Source: Macrostomum lignano
Taxonomy: Eukaryota
DNA length: 37,037 bases
Assembly (NCBI GenBank): GCA_002269645.1
Contig: NIVC01004721.1
Coordinates: 1-37,037, forward strand
Reading direction: 5' to 3'
Shown here: positions 35,312-37,037 of the stretch, piece by piece
Layout: each line of letters starts with the position of its first letter
Numbering within the stretch: the stretch's first letter is position 1
Made by a program: the position numbers and the translations under genes
The notes under the pieces: model-generated
What the model was told of the DNA's origin: nothing
Databases searched by the model: none
Seen by the model: only the letters and a program-made list of their open reading frames with translations

Positions 35312-36181
35312 TCATAAGCGCGCACTGGCAGAGGCGCGCACCGGCACAAGAGCGCAGCAGCACAAGAGCGCACTGGCAGAGGCGCGCACTTTTGACACGC
35401 TGTGGCATAAGCGCGCTGTCAGACTTTGGCGCAAGAGCGCATTATTTACTCGCTAAGGCACAAGCGCGCATTTCATTTGGCGACTGACTTGATAGTGTAG
35501 AAAAATATAAATCAAAGCTGTAGTGCACAAGGGGTGGTGGGTTAGGGTGTCAACAGAGGTACTTTAGGCACAGTTGGCACAATTGTAAGCATGTACACTG
35601 TCGATAGATACCAGACATGCCGGGACACGGCCTGCCCAGTCAGCAGCAGCCAGACATGCCGGGACACGGCCTGCCCAGTCAGCAGCAACCAGACATGCCG
35701 GGACACGGCCTGCCCAGTCAGCAGCAACCAGACATGCCGGGACACGGCCTGCCCAGTCAGCAGCAACCAGACATGCCGGGACACGGCCTGCCCAGTCAGC
35801 AGCAGCCGGGATTTCTGCAGCTGCTCTTTTCCTTTTGACTGCGTTTTAATTTTAATTTTAATGTTTACTTTTAATTCGATTTTTTTTTCGTACAAATACA
35901 ATCGACTACTTCGTGACAGACGATGGAGCAACTTGAATGCTTTTATTTATTGCATTGCGCGCTTGTGCCAAACTTTGACTGCGCGCTTTTGCAACACAGA
36001 GCCAGAAGTGCGCGCTTACTTATGCCAGTGCGGTCTTGTGATGGTGCGCGCTTATGCCAATGCTGAGCACTTTCTACCGCGCTCTTGTGCAAGTCAAAAC
36101 GTGCGCGCTTATGCCTCTGCGCGCTGTGCCAGACTTTGACATAAAATACACAGGCGCGCTTGTGCCGGTGCGCGCTTATGA
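35312..36181. mobile_element. Foldback/MITE-like element with modular GCGCGC-containing inverted arms and an internal 39-bp array
   Basis: TCATAAGCGCGCAC at 35312-35325 and its exact reverse complement at 36168-36181. Multiple GGCA(T/C)AAGCGCGCA-like modules in 35312-35470 and their complements in 35950-36181. No TSD identified. Confidence 0.55.
35611..35805. repeat. 39-bp minisatellite, 5 units
   Basis: ccagacatgccgggacacggcctgcccagtcagcagca(g/a) x5. Confidence 0.95.
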
Positions 36182-36623
36182 TGGCGACCCGGTGCCAGCA
36201 TTAGCTGGGATAATTGCAGAGGTATGTGTGGCGACCCCCTTGGACTGAACATGCAGCCGTACTCAGCTTTCAGATGCGCGCGTGCAATAGCTGCGGCTGA
36301 GCTGTCGTTGCACATCTGCCAATTATAGGGCAAGTGTAATCAATTATTATTTATTTATTAGCTTTATTAATGTCCATGTACATGCAAGTTTTTTATTCCA
36401 AATTGGGTATGCGCAATGTAATTTCCAGCAGATTACATTACATGTATAAAATACATATTGGACTTTTCCTACAATATCGACGGATACCGCTTTTGGGCAA
36501 TTAAGATTTGCCGTCGATTGAATTAAGATCTGCGCAAAGCTTGACTCATTTGAAGCCCAATCGTTCAGCAGATGAGCGAGAAGCACGGAAGAAAGCGCAA
36601 AGTAATGTCTGCTGCCGCCGCCG

Positions 36624-37037
36624 CTTCTTCTCTTCTTCCTTCTATCCGGCTCGCCGTATAGAGTACTGCGCGGTGCTAAGAGAGCGGAGGCAACGCCCCA
36701 TGCTGCGAAGGAGGGCAAAGGGGCGACCGTGCCGATCCTCCACGGGTCGTCGCTGCCGAACAGGCGGAGGCGAGCGGCGTCCCTCTGGGACAGCGGCGAA
36801 CGAGGTGGCCGACGGTATCCGGGCCGCCGCAGTCGGGGCAGCGTCGATTCTATGAGCCGAGCGCCGGGTGACGGCGCAGGCTGTGCTGACCCACACGGAG
36901 CTGAGTTTGTGCGCGCCTCGGTCGGGTGGAGGAGGGCCAGACCTGAGCGTCAAAGGCGCTGCGATCTCGGCGGATGGCGGTGCGTGCTGTCTGAAACTGA
37001 TGGCAGCGTGGCTTGTGGCACGTGCAGGCTCGGCGAC
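36624..37037 (-). mobile_element. Decayed 3' end of a non-LTR retrotransposon, running off the window end
   Basis: Across frameshifts the minus strand reads QTQLRVGQH...CPDCGGPDTVGHLVRRCP (CX2CX7HX4C)...DAARLRLFGSDDPW...LLRSMGR, followed by a short GAA-rich tail at about 36624-36645. Confidence 0.7.

Noticed and set aside
1-37037. tRNA, rRNA, spliced-leader RNA or telomeric arrays
   Set aside because: None recognised by eye; an Infernal/tRNAscan search would be needed to exclude divergent copies.

Overview
Eukaryotic (metazoan) genomic DNA, not prokaryotic. GC-rich, poly-Q/poly-A-containing exons sit among AT-rich spacers and about 20 unrelated tandem arrays. This architecture resembles a free-living flatworm such as Macrostomum, which is an inference only. 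By manual splicing I can reconstruct four genes. (1) The 3' half of a Na+/Ca2+ exchanger (SLC8/NCX), five exons, + strand, 1388-8253. (2) A hunchback-type C2H2 zinc-finger gene, - strand, about 9478-11470, with frame lesions and a disconnected C-terminal finger. (3) A p130Cas/BCAR1-family adaptor (SH3, substrate region, serine-rich helical bundle, FAT-like domain), - strand, 14983-22060, with a candidate Met-only first exon at 25800-25802. (4) A three-repeat beta-thymosin with an intronless CDS, + strand, 27740-28096, head-to-head with the Cas gene. Also present are two decayed LINE 3' ends, two inverted-repeat elements each carrying an internal minisatellite, and a roughly 10-fold enriched palindrome, TACATGTA. 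Most long ORFs in the supplied track are translations of tandem repeats. All coding frameshifts seen are deletions, so long-read assembly error cannot be excluded. I found no tRNA, rRNA or CRISPR array.
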